Origin: Phoronis australis | Lineage: Eukaryota > Animalia > Phoronida | Direction of reading: 5' to 3' | DNA: 64,000 nucleotides | Assembly (NCBI GenBank): GCA_002633005.1 | Contig: NMRA01000182.1 | Coordinates: 257,077 to 321,076 of the forward strand | Shown: positions 36,217 through 48,280 of the stretch, piece after piece | Layout of the letters: each line of letters opens with the position of its first letter | Numbering within the stretch: position 1 is the stretch's first letter | Made by a program: the position numbers and the translations under genes | Notes under the pieces: generated by a model | Told to the model about the DNA's origin: nothing | Database searches by the model: none | Seen by the model: only the letters and a program-made list of their open reading frames with translations

Positions 36217-37726
36217 ACAAGAGCAACGCAGAGCGTTGAAATGCGCCCACAATTGCACCGTATATACGGTATCCTTCTAGGGTTGTTTATTGGTACCATA
36301 AAGTGGCCAGTGGAGGGCATATATGTAGTATGTTGTACTTTGCAAAATGGAAAGGCATGGTCATTGTCTCCTCAATAGGCTAGGTTTCAAAAATGTGAGT
36401 GATCTTCATAATACACGCACATCCTATGCATCAGTTGCTTAAAGCACAAAAGAAACATAGAAATAAAAACAAATTTACCAACATACGAGATTAGCACAGC
36501 ATTACAATGCCAGAAACAAATTTCTACTTGGAACTTTTCCTTCATAGTCACGAAGTAACACAAAGTATATACCTGAAGACCTATGAAAATACAGAGGTCA
36601 ATGTGAAATATTTAAATTGCCACTAGAGGCATACCGGTAGTCAGAATCATCCTAAAGTCGTCATCGTCCGTTGTCAACATCACATAAATACACTTGTTAA
36701 ATTTAGTAAAGATCATGCAAACGGTTTGGGAGATACAGCCATGGGCGCAAAAAAAAACTGCCACTAGGAGGCTCCACAGTAATCAAAGTCATGGGAAATT
36801 CAGCGTCAACCGTCCTCTTCATAGTAAGAACATACATGCCAATTTTCACAATCATACTTAGAGCGGTTTGGTTGATAGAGGGGTGGACGCCAAAAAACAG
36901 ACTCAAAAACAGTAAAAATGGCCACTGGGTGTCACAAACTAGGTCGAATCCATCCGAAAACGGGAGAATAGCGTCATCGCACTAATAGGTGCCTACATAC
37001 CAAATTTCATGAAAATCCGTTAAGGACTTGTGAAGATACAGAGGTAAACGTAAAAAAATAAAATTGCCACTAGGGGGCACACTGGTAGGCGGATCCGTCC
37101 AAAAGTCGTCATCGTCTGTTGTTAACATCATATAAATACACTTATTAAATTTCGTAAAGATCCTGCGAACGGTTTAGGAGATACAGCCATAGGCGCAAAA
37201 AAACAAAACTGCCACTAGGAGGCGCCACAGTAGTCGAAATCGTCGGAAAATCATCGTCAACCATCCTCTACATAGTAAGCATATACATGCCAATTTTCAC
37301 AATCATTCTTTGAGCGGTTTGGTTGATAGAGGGGTGGACGCACAAAAACAGACTCGAAAACACTAAAAATGGCCACTAGGTGGCGCAAACTATGTCGAAT
37401 CCATCTGAAAACGGGAGGATAGCGTCATCTCACTAATAGGTGCCTACATACCAAATTTCATGAAAATCCGTTCAGGACTTTTGAAGATACAAAGGTAAGC
37501 GTAAAAAAACTAAAATTGCCACTAGGGGGCACACCGGTAGTCAAATCCGTCCGAAAGTTCCCACATGCCGTCCCATTCATGAATGGAACATATGTGCCAA
37601 ATTTCATGAGCATATGTCAAAGGGATTTGGAGATAGAGCAGCGGACACCGGACGGACGCCGCCCGTACGGACGGACGGAGATGACGGCATAATGCGTCCA
37701 CATATAAATATGTGGGCGCATAAAAA
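36217..37726 (-). mobile_element. Non-autonomous Helentron-type element (HINE), full-length copy 3
   Basis: Palindrome caacgcagagcgttg at 36224-36238. Subterminal IRs atgcgcccaca (36241-36251) and tgtgggcgcat (37711-37721). Hairpin atgcgtccacatat-aa-atatgtgggcgcat and a (ggac)n microsatellite. Colinear with copy 2. Confidence 0.85.
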
Positions 37727-37937
37727 TGACAAGCAATGAGAGAGCACCAACACATTGATTTCCTTCGTACCTACCTGTGAGGTAAATGCTGAATAGTGTA
37801 TCACTACTGCAGTAATCACAGGACTTTCTCCATGGAAAAATTGGTCGCTGAATCTGAGCAAAATGTTTACTTCTCATTATTTTCACTTATCAAGAATACT
37901 GTTTTGACTTTGATGTTGATGTATGGTGTCAACTTAC

Positions 37938-38008
37938 CTGTGAACATGAGGTGAATACAGTTGACTCCTGGGGGTGATAACATACACTCCACACAATGTC
38001 AGTGTGCG
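37938..38008 (-). CDS. WDR77: MEP50/WDR77 exon 5
   Basis: ttgcag|...|gtaagt. Encodes AHTDIVWSVCYHPQESTVFTSCSQ. Confidence 0.9.
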
Positions 38009-38939
38009 CTGCAAAGGACAAGAGAACGTAAAGAAACTTGGGTTGGAACAACAAAGCAAAGAAGATGCCACCCCTACTATCATGAAATGTGTACTTGAAA
38101 TTTGCAGTTTTGGAATTGAGACATGTAGTTAATGCCAGGCATAGACAAGAAAAATAACTGACAGACTTCAGGCGAAACATTCAAGAGACTGCTTCAAATT
38201 TAACCAGCAGTCACCAGACACAGAAGAAAGGTACATCCAAAATGAAAAGGTAAGAGTTAGGCCTCATAATGTTTACCCTAGAACTACTGTCCTCACTAAC
38301 TGGCAGCTATAATCTCACAGGAAACGTTTGTTTAGTGTACCATTAATAACTACAGCAACACATTTACCATTTTTCCATATTCCTGAGAGCATCTTCGGAC
38401 ATAGCGTGTACCAATGTTAGTTCTTTTGATTCGTTAACACAGATTTTTGTGTGACCCGATTCATGCATTAATTAACGCCGCAGGAATGACAATTGTACTA
38501 AGTAAAGAGACACCACCAAGCATTCGACCTGTTTTATCAGTGGATGTGACTGGTCCAAAGTAGTTAGAAACGGACGAAGTTGATTCCAAAAGTTTCAAGT
38601 TTATATCATACTCCACTACGTTTTATTGATAAATCTGCACTGCAAACTACACAATGCACGAAATGGACACCTCCTTTGACAGAACAAAGCACGGCTACAA
38701 AGCATTGTATTTATCAGGGAACTTTTGACTGTTCTTTGACAAGTCCATGTTCGCCATCATGCCGCCATTCACTCATGTTTTGCCCCGTTACACGAGCTGT
38801 CAGTTCTTTTGCTGAACAAACTTGCAATTAACCGGAAAATACCAAACCACAAAATGAATAACTGATAGGCAATCTCATACGGCAACATGATGGGTATTGC
38901 TGGTTTGGAATAAACCAAACATGTGCCGAGACAATGCCA

Positions 38940-39213
38940 GAAAATGGGCTGGCAGCATCACCTCATCAATAACTGCCTATTTGGCAAATTTTATGAAAAT
39001 CTGTAGAGGACCTTTGAAGATACAGAGGTAAGCGTAATAAACTAAGATTGCCACTAGGGGGCACAGCTGTAGTCGGATCCAGCTGAAAGTTCGCTGATGC
39101 TGTCCCATTCATAAAAGGAACATACGTGCAGAATTTCATGAACATACATCCAAAGGGGTTTGGAGATAGAGCAGCGGATGTTGGACGGACGGACAGGAAT
39201 GACGCCCCATTTT
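38940..39213 (-). mobile_element. Truncated, more diverged HINE copy 4
   Basis: Matches the microsatellite-proximal part of copies 1-3 (ggacctttgaagatacagaggtaagcg...ccactagggggcac...ggagatagagcagcgga...ggacggacggac). Confidence 0.7.
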
Positions 39214-39655
39214 TGAAGCTCAAAAATAGATATTTTGCCTAAGTCATTTTAATAAGAATACTAAGTCATTTGATAAGCTGTAATAAGGAACTACTGAACT
39301 ACATATAGCACAATATTTTAGAAAACACTATTAACAGTGTTTCTGAGATTTCATCTAGGAACATCTACAAAAAACAAAATTTGATTGTGATATTAATACA
39401 ATGTGATATTAATACAATGTGATATTAATACAATCTATTTACTGTGAGTGTAACATTCTTTGATGCTAAATTTTGGTAAAGAGACAAGGTCACGCGACCC
39501 AATTAATGAAATATCGAAATTTTACATGTTACTTAGGAAACAAACGCTTTTAATACACATTTAAATTGTAGTTTTGTACATATATGGCTAAATACAAACT
39601 TGTCGATAAGGTCCTACATAAGCTTCACGTTAACCAGATAATCTGGTAAGCTTAC

Positions 39656-39705
39656 CTCTATATTGGTACACTGGCTGTAGTGTTGATAGATCCCACTGTT
39701 TGACA
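39656..39705 (-). CDS. WDR77: MEP50/WDR77 exon 4
   Basis: tttttcag|...|gtaagc, 50 nt, phase 2 in and 1 out. Encodes VKQWDLSTLQPVYQYR. Confidence 0.9.
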
Positions 39706-39826
39706 CTGAAAAATATATACAAGTAATTGACATCTGTCAGTATACAAGTAAACAAACTCATATCTGTTACTATACAGCAAATTCAAGCATGGGTCAACTA
39801 CCAAGTGCTAAACAATAGCAAATGTA

Positions 39827-40260
39827 CTATAGAATCATATGCGCAAGGATCACATCTTTCGCACGAACCACCTATGAACCCATGAATTATATATACGAAC
39901 CCATGAAACATGCATACGAGCCCAAAAATCATGCATACGAACAAAAATCATGCGGATGAATCACAAAAATCACACATAAGAGTTCATGCATGTGATTCGA
40001 TGCTCGTGTGTAGGATTTTGTGTTCGTGTGTAGGATTTTTGTTCGCATTCGTGATTTTTTGTTTGTATTCATGATTCATAGATTCGTATGCATGATTCAT
40101 AGGTTCGTATGCATGATTCATAGGTTCGTATGCATGATTCATAGGTTCGCATGCATGATTCATAGGTTCGTATGCATGATTCATAGGTTCGTATGCATGA
40201 TTCATAGGTTTGTAGGTGGTTCGTGCATAAGATGCGATGCTCGGGTATATGATTCTATGG
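39827..40260. mobile_element. MITE with TA TSD and an internal 21-bp tandem array
   Basis: ta[ctatagaatcatat...atatgattctatgg]ta. The unit atgcatgattcataggttcgt repeats about 6-7 times (~40068-40210), with inverted related units in the left arm. Confidence 0.75.
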
Positions 40261-40446
40261 TAATCCTGAAATTCATTTCACAAACTATCCATAACAGCAA
40301 ACTGGGAAACAACTTGAGACCCATCTGATGGCTAGTTTCACTCAACAGTGACTGGAATGATTCTCCACAGACGCTATAATGAGTTGAGCTCGTGATTAAA
40401 CGTCACTAGAACTAATGAGAGACTTTCAAACAGCAACTTGGCAACA

Positions 40447-40640
40447 GGTCACGCGAGACCGGATACCAGTGGCCTCTAGAGAATGAGGAGGCATTTTATA
40501 ACTTTGTTTAAAACACATCCCGTGTAATCACATACACTGTAAAAGGGTGTATTCAAGAAGTCAAACTGTTCCTCTATGCCACCCGTTGCAAAGACTAAGT
40601 TCAGCTAGGTGGCGATATGAGTCACAGGTCCTACGTGACC
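40447..40640. mobile_element. MITE, inverted relative of 3939-4154
   Basis: TIRs ggtcacgcgagacc and ggtcctacgtgacc. It shares the interior motifs ccggataccagtgg and cagctaggtggcgatatgagt. Confidence 0.65.
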
Positions 40641-41195
40641 CCCATTGCTTCCTTTAAGTCTCCCATTGCAAACACAAGGCACGTGATTTCAACAGTGCCA
40701 CCTGCAAAATGCAAGTTCTTGTAATGGCTCATCACATACACTCAATGAAAGCAGTCATGCATGTATTGCTTTAAAGGATTGCTATAGTAGATTCTGAACG
40801 CATACTAACATTACAAAACTAAATTTGCTTCCATCTGCTTAGCAGTCCAAAAACAAAATCAAAACCTACTTCATCAAAATCATTTTCAAAATTTTGTTTT
40901 CTATTCAATAACTTATATTTAGTTGCTTTAAAGAACGTTCAAAGCATTATCAAAAAATCACCACGCTGACCAACAATTCTGAAAGTTGCCCCCTCAAATC
41001 AATCACGTTATCTCGCCATTCAAATTCAATGTTGAAACTGATGCATAATGGGAAGAAAAATTTCAGTCTGCTTTCATTGGCTTTGCATTTTTCTTGATTT
41101 TATATCTAAACAGTTAAGAGAAAGAAACTGCACCTTTAAACAACACATGCAAACACAATGAATAAAACAAACACATAATATAAACATAATGTTAC

Positions 41196-41337
41196 CAGCC
41201 ACCATAGTCACATGAGACTGCATTGTCCCGTCGACCATTAACGCTAATCCCGCTGACGATGGTGTCGTGCACTTGAGACACAGTAATCTGCTCAAACTGC
41301 AGATCGTCCTCCTGCAGCTGCCATAGCTCCAGAGCGC
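41196..41337 (-). CDS. WDR77: MEP50/WDR77 exon 3
   Basis: tgcatag|...|gtaaca. GALELWQLQEDDLQFEQITVSQVHDTIVSGISVN compares to human GAVELWEL...EHDDIVSTVSV. Confidence 0.9.
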
Positions 41338-42900
41338 CTATGCAAACAGAAAAGAGATTTGACATTCCAAGATCACGAAAGACCACGTAAAATCATGTGA
41401 GTGAAATATGTGCTTTTCGCGCGTATGACTGAGAACATACCAGCGCAAGCTAGCAAAATGGTGGCCACTGACGTGATTGGTCAGTAAGGTTGGAATGTTG
41501 AATTATGGGATAGAATCCATGAATTATGGGATAGAAATAAATTCACTAGTTTTGTTCCATTAGCGAAGATTTCTTGTCCCAAGTGCATGGATAATGTTTT
41601 GGGTCTGGTTGAGGTAAAAATCTTTCAAACAAAACCATGACTAAACTTGCTGTAGTTATAGCCTGTTACCCCAAAACCTTCCTAAACTCCAGGAACTGTC
41701 TACTGAACCTCACGTAATCAGCAGTCACCAAGTCAAATTCTTTTGCAGGCCATTTCAAGTTGTTGTGATCCAGTTCACGGTTCACCGATTTTTCAATTCA
41801 AAGACCCAACTATGCTAATTTTCTTGCTTAAAAACACTGTGATGTTTATTCAGGGATATCCCTGACCAGGTTTGAATCTGTGCCCTTTAGGCACACCTGA
41901 AGATAAAAAGTGTGCTTTTTTCGAAAAGTCGTGCATATCAGACTTAGTGTAATTAAAGTGGTAACATGTGAAACAGAAACCCCAAGAGCAATAGAGATAA
42001 GAACTAAGTCATGTTCATGTAAAAGATGCATTTTTTATCACTACTTGCAGAGTGAGAATCGCATCGTATGTCCTATAAAGGCACACTGTCCGCCTCCGGG
42101 CAAGTTTTTTTAGATGTCCAGCTCCTAAAGCAGATGTCGCGTCCTCTGTCGGAGGACAATTGAATATCAAGATCGCAGCTGGAGCCGAGCGACACGTCGT
42201 CATTTGTAAACAGGAATGGGAATTTGCGATCTAACATTGGTAAACCTAAACGGCCCGTTTACTTGGTCTCATTTTAATGAAATTTGCAACCCATATTTTA
42301 CCTTACAGGCTGTAAGTTGACTAGAATCTTGCATTTTTGGAAAAGTGTTGCGTTTTAAAAGATGCACCTCAGGGGCGCACTGCTGCAGTGTACTTGCGCT
42401 TATTTTTTCATGCGTTAATGGTGCATAAGTGCAGTCCAGCAGGAATATCACTGGTTATTTTTTCAAAATTTTTATGTTGAGAGCTAATGTAAGTTAGGTT
42501 GGAGTTGCGTACCACTGCTTATGACCTCATAAGATCACACTTAATCAAGTCTCAGAAACTGTTCAATAGATAATCAGTCTTTGGCAAATGTGGGATTGGA
42601 GCCTAACGCCTCCGACGGTGTGACACACCACTTTCCCGGCACTCTAGGCTAAAAGTGTACCAATTCCTACAGAAATGTCTGCGAAAGGTGTAACTGAAGG
42701 ATTTTTCTAATGTTGAGTAAAATATCTTTTAAATGCACAGAAACAACAATAAATTGATTGGAATGGCTTAGTTCCCAAGGTTCTGACAAAACAGTAATGA
42801 ACAGTTCCAAGTTGTTATCAACATTGCCAAAGCGCAAAGAATTTGAAAGAAAGACAGTGCAATACTTCAAATAAGTACACATAAAGAAATAACAAACTAC

Positions 42901-43086
42901 CTGAGTCTGTAGAAAGTAACACTGTATCCTCACTGGTCAAGGCAAGGTCTGTGATGCTCGAATCTATGTCTACTCCAACTGTTGACAACCCGGGGTCAGG
43001 GGCTGACTCAGGATTCGAGTAAAACCAGAGGGAACCTTTCCAATATCTTGTGTTCAAAGAAGATGCTGCCAGAAACATTTTGCCAT
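42901..43086 (-). CDS. WDR77: MEP50/WDR77 exon 2
   Basis: tctttag|...|gtagtt. DGKMFLAASSLNTRYWKGSLWFY...VLLSTDS compares to human [21 protein letters not shown]...LVASDSG. Confidence 0.92.
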
Positions 43087-43274
43087 CTAAAGAAACAAAG
43101 ATATTTACAACTGTCACCGCAATACTGCGAAGATCTACATAGAAAAAATTCATACTCATTGCTTTTGTCCAAACTGAAAAATTTTTAATGCACACACAGG
43201 TGAATCATTGCTGTGCAGGTGTTTACACAAAGACACCAAATCCCGTATGGTGACTTGCGTAAGTAGTGCACTTT

Positions 43275-43492
43275 GACACTCATACGATGTACAACACTCC
43301 AACAGACACAGACACTCATACAATGTACAACACTCCAACAGACACAGACACTCATACGATGTACAACACTCCAACAGACACAGACACTCATACGATGTAC
43401 AACACTCCAACAGACACAGACACTCATACGATGTACAACACTCCAACAGACACAGACACTCATACGATGTACAACACTCCAACAGACACAGA
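43275..43492. repeat. 36-bp minisatellite, about 6 copies
   Basis: The unit gacactcatacgatgtacaacactccaacagacaca repeats in tandem in WDR77 intron 1. Confidence 0.95.
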
Positions 43493-45677
43493 AAAAACAC
43501 TGCTCCTCAGACACGAAAAGATCCACTAGACATGGCACTTGTCTAAGGTACACCAATACATAGGCCTGCCTTACATGCATTAGGGCTGATTGTCTACACT
43601 TAACTGCTTTATGAAGTGTAACACTGTAATCTATATCGACTGGTAATGATCCCTGTTCTGGTATAAACTCAAAACAATTTCAGAGGTGTCCAAGTTAAGC
43701 AATCCACCATGCCTAACTCAAATCTATAGAAATCTAAAGATAGGTGTCTCAATCCATAATATCCATAATATACTCTTCTTGTTATCAATAGCAGTTAAAA
43801 CTGTACTTCGCCCTGTTTAACTGGCTGAAAAATGAAAAATCGCTTTCATTCTGATAAAATCAGTCTAATTATATTCCTCACCATGAAAGGATTCTTTCTA
43901 TTCGCAACAAGAACATGGAAACCATCAACAGTGAAGACGCAAGAAAACACTCCAGCGTATATTGGGGATGGCCAAACCTTAAATTGTGACTTTGAAAATG
44001 GCACACATATGTATTATCCTAAGACTTGCTACCTCATTTGGCAACACAGTGTTCTCCAAAACAGAAAATTCAAACTCCACTGAATTTCAAAAGTGAGGTA
44101 TACGTGTATGTGTTCAAAAGTCAATGTCTATACTGTGGGGAGTTTGTATGTTAAGTCTTGAAATAAATACATTGAGCTAGTACCACAAGTCCAAAATGTC
44201 CTAATTTGCTTAAGAAATGGCTAATCTTCCAATATTTTAATCTCCCAGTATTTCAAACTCATTGCATGTAAGTTTTTAAACTCGACGCAAGTGAGCCAAA
44301 CTCCTCACGACAAAATTCAAACAAGACGCAGTGACAAGTCAAAACAGGTTGCGAGAACACTGCAACAACTTAAGATTGGACAAGCAAGGTAAAATGCTTT
44401 TGAATCACAAAATGCTGTGGTTAAGAATTCAGCATTGACAGCTAAACAGGGCAAAATGCAGCTTTATGTCAACTTCAACATCAGGGACAATTTTAATAGA
44501 CAGACTTGCACAAAATCATTATCGTTGAGCTTTGTTGTGGAGTGACAGTAGAACCTGAATATCTGTGGTTAGTTGCCTTGTTAGGCAGCAGTTTTGCAAT
44601 TTGATTTCGAGTTCGCTACAGGAAAGCCTGGTCCTTGGAAATTTCTTGTGGGCAGTTAGCCTGGCAATGGAGTCGAGAGTCCCTCCATGCACATCAGTCA
44701 TGTTGCCAACTTTGGGTATTTTGCCCTATCAGGTATTGTTATTTCTTGTCATTCTTATTTTGAGCCAGCAAAAATGTGTGTTGTTAGTTAATTTCTAGAC
44801 TTATATCGCTGAAACTAAAACTTAACAAAGTAGACTTACTTGGCCAACAAGGTTGTAACTGGTACGACACAACAGCTGAGAGAGATCGCTAAAAAGTTGG
44901 TCCGTCGGGTGAATAAAAAAATCGTTTTTTAGTCCAACTTATCAAGTGAAAACAAGTCACCAGCATGGGTCGGACATAGCTGAACACGTAACCCGTCAGT
45001 AGATAAGTATTTAGACATGCTCAACAAGGAGATTAAACCATGGAACACAATTTTGCATAAATTTTGCTAATTAAAATCCTACCTGTGGTAGTTGCAAGGC
45101 CTACATGAAGCAAAATACTGTACCAGTTTCTAACCAAACCAGAGAAAGTCATTTAATAAAAGAAGTCGGCAGTGTATGCAGGAATGTCAACATTTTCCAC
45201 ACGTCTTGCTCTCAACGCCATTTTATCAGTTAGTAACTCTGCCACAAGTTGATGTTGTGATTTATGAAAAGATGTCAAAAGTTAACCTACTGACCCAGCT
45301 TAAACATGAATGCCATTTAGAAACAAGAACAAACCTCAAGAATTATTCTAACGGAAGTGGAAACAGACGAAGGAGTCATCTTTTTGCAAGTGGCCTTTTT
45401 TAATGATAACTGGGATTGTGAATTCTTGTTATTTAGGAAACACGAACAGAACAGAGGATAACTACTATGTAAGCCAGGTTTGTTTTGAAACAACTGTGAA
45501 ATAACAATTCCAAATTTCTTTGAAAACTGTTGTCAGCAAAAACTGCAAGAACAGCCAGCAGATGTGAGTAGCACTGGTTTGTGACTGGATATATTTTATA
45601 TTTTTATTTATTTATTGTGATGTTTAAAATGAGGGTAGCCTCTTCAGTGTTAGCACTGCTTTCCAAGAGGGCACTCA

Positions 45678-46494
45678 CATAGTGTACCTAATTATCGGAC
45701 GGAGCCTAAATATCGTACATTACATAAAATCTTACTTGAAGCATAATCTGAGAAATAAATGACACCAATTTTTGTTCCGATGTAATGCTTTCAATGTCCA
45801 GCACTGTCTCGTTTTTTTTATGACGTTGCCTCGTTTTGATTTCACCGAGAGAGGCCGAAATTTAGACCCCCAACTCGACCTAAAATGGATGATCGCATAA
45901 GTCGGTTAAAAAAGTTGAAAACAAAATCTTTTTCCACAATGAAGTCACCTAAATGAACTGACAATGTCAGCTTTATTTTTTTATTTGTTTTCAAACTCAA
46001 GTCAAACCCCAGCCACGCACGTGCGTGTGTCGTATCAAGAAGGCAAAGAGATACTAAAAACTATAGTGAGGTTGCATGTGCTTTAGTTGTCTGCACTGAT
46101 TCATTGAGACAGCCTGGTGCTGTCATCAGATGACAACTTATGGACAATTTTGTCACGAACGGAGCTGTGTTCTAGCAGCAAATACATCAAAACACTCAAG
46201 CTGCAATTTGGCAACAGGTGCCCGCGGCCATTACTTGGTTAGTCAGTTTTCCGCGGTGTGGCGGATGCGGAAACATGGTGTCTGATATTTAGGTTCTCCG
46301 AAGGTTTGTTACTTGTTTTTTTTAATGATCAGTCAGAACATAAATGTGGCTTTAGGTGACAAGATATAGTAACAGAACTATTGCCTAAAGGTAAGTCTTT
46401 ATTTCAGTAAAGGATTTAGAACAATCCGTAGTATTTCTAAATATATATAATGCAAAATGTGCCAAAACGTCCGATAATTAGGTCGCTTGACTAT
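45678..46494. mobile_element. Non-autonomous TIR element (Tc1/pogo-like ends)
   Basis: Perfect 16-bp inverted repeat acctaattatcggacg (45686-45701) and cgtccgataattaggt (46468-46483). The right end reads ...cgcttgactata. Confidence 0.6.
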
Positions 46495-47900
46495 AAGTGG
46501 AAGCCGATTCAGAGCACAGGCGCTCGAATTTCCCGATGACTCATAACCATATATAAGAAAGATAAAGGTTGGACACTAAAACTTTGCCGAGCTGAGGCTC
46601 CCAACTTCAACTGTCCTAAATCCAAATAAAATCTCTGTATCTTTCTTATGCTGGTATTGCATAAACCCCAGAAGCCTTATTTTTCCTTGATTTCATCAAA
46701 TTATCCTTGTGAGTGGTGAATTGGCGACGAAATTTTCAAAAACAAACTCAAAACTCTGAATTCAAGGACCTAAAATAGGTAACATGGTGGATTTTAGTTG
46801 TGCTTGAACTTGTACGCCTGTCGAAGATAAAATTCCGAGTATGAGCAAGCAACCCCTATGTCAAAGCCAAAAAATTTATCCCCAATTTCAGTGATTGAGG
46901 TTATTAAAATTAACCTTCCACTTAAGTGTAATTTGTTTCTTCTTATAGTTCATTTTAACCCTTAACCTAGAATTTAATTGCAAGAAACGGCATATCTTGT
47001 TTGATCTTGACATTATGTGCTACTCTTTGTTGAAGCACAACAAATACTCGGTTTTTGGTAGACATTTCTGATGTCTGACCACATGTTTAGTCACAGGAAA
47101 TTCCCCATTGGTAAATGCCGGATTTTGCAGTAGGCCAGTGTTAGAAGCCAGCAACTTGTGGTACCAGAGTTATAAACAATGTTGTTTTGCATAATCAAAG
47201 TTTAATTACATTCAAACTGATACAAAATTATGTAGAGGGCACTCACATTATAACATTCTTGGGAGTGCGAAAACAGAGCTCCGGTATTGCATCGGGAGCG
47301 TCCGCCAAGAACCCGGATTCTCGAAGCTCGACTGCCATGAACATCATACATCACAAAATAAGATGCTTGAATTTGTGATTTCGGCGTTTTTGGACATTTT
47401 TGTCATCAAATCACCACTCTAAGGCAATTTGAAGTTAGATCAAATGAAAACAGGTAGTCAAAGATTTGTTCGATGCTAGTTTCGCGGAGTTCCATGCACA
47501 TTTCAGTAGAAAATTCTGCAACTGAGCAAACAGATTTTGAGTGTTCAGCCTTTATGTTTTCTTAGAAGTAAGTGACGTCAGTCGTGATCGAGGAACAGAT
47601 AAACTCAAGCGCCTGTGATTCAGTTTCATCGACTGAGTAATGCCCGTAATGGGACCATTATTCCGTGACTATCTAATTTTCTAAATCAGGGTCTACTATA
47701 TCCGTCTAGTCACCAACTCAATAAACTGCCTAAGCAACACGTGGCCCCTGCACTGGCGTCAGTAGCGATATCGTCTTTTCGCATTCGTAAAATTTTCGTA
47801 TTGCCTAGCCCTAGAAAATGCCCCGAAGCTTAGTGCGCAAGTGTGAGAAGCAGAGTCAGGCAGGTAACTATGTAATCGTGTGTGAGTTATAAATATTAAC

Positions 47901-47976
47901 CTTTTCGGAAGCATAGTTGTTCCAAATTTTTGTCCATGGCCGCAGGAACCTGGCTGCTGTGTACAGCTGACTGCAT
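47901..47976 (-). CDS. WDR77: MEP50/WDR77 exon 1
   Basis: MQSAVHSSQVPAAMDKNLEQLCFRK G|gttaat, phase 1, compares to human NAPACMERQLEAARYRSDG. The nine exons total 1047 nt (348 aa) and all phases are consistent. Confidence 0.9.
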
Positions 47977-48280
47977 CTGTAGATAGGCACACACGTGAAA
48001 ACTCTTCTCGCCCAATAAGCCGCCGGAAGTCAATAGTAACAGTACGTGTACATACGAAAAATACTGATGGAAGCTATATCAGTCATAATAAATGATTTTT
48101 GATTCAATCAATTAGATACGCAAAAATTGGTTGAGGGACCAGTGACGTAATATCAACACACTAATTTAATCAATAAAACTATGCAAAATAGAAGCTACCG
48201 CCAGGTGTCAGCACACACTGTCAGAAAGAAAAAAAAATTGTCAACGCGTGTATCTACACCAATTGGACCAAGGTAACTAA
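47977..48280. promoter_or_regulatory. Probable bidirectional promoter
   Basis: CACGTG at 47992-47997, CCAAT at 48012-48016, ETS motif CCGGAAGT at 48023-48030, ATTGG at ~48126 and GTGACGTAA at ~48142. A plus-strand donor aag|gtaact sits at 48273. The plus strand switches from A-rich to T-rich around here. Confidence 0.6.

Noticed and set aside
39984-40328. MNHAYEP-repeat ORFs
   Set aside because: They derive from the 21-bp internal array of a TA-flanked MITE.
43275-43492. 36-bp repeats as a CRISPR array or repetitive protein
   Set aside because: The units are directly adjacent with no unique spacers, there are no cas genes and the context is a eukaryotic intron. The ORFs are open only because the unit is a multiple of 3.
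47247-47338. Alternative WDR77 first exon (MAVELRESGF...ELCFRTPKNVI, donor gtgagt)
   Set aside because: It ends in phase 2 while exon 2 needs phase 1. The donor lies in gagggcactcacat, which also occurs at ~45667, suggesting repeat origin. The LCFR similarity to exon 1 is probably coincidental.
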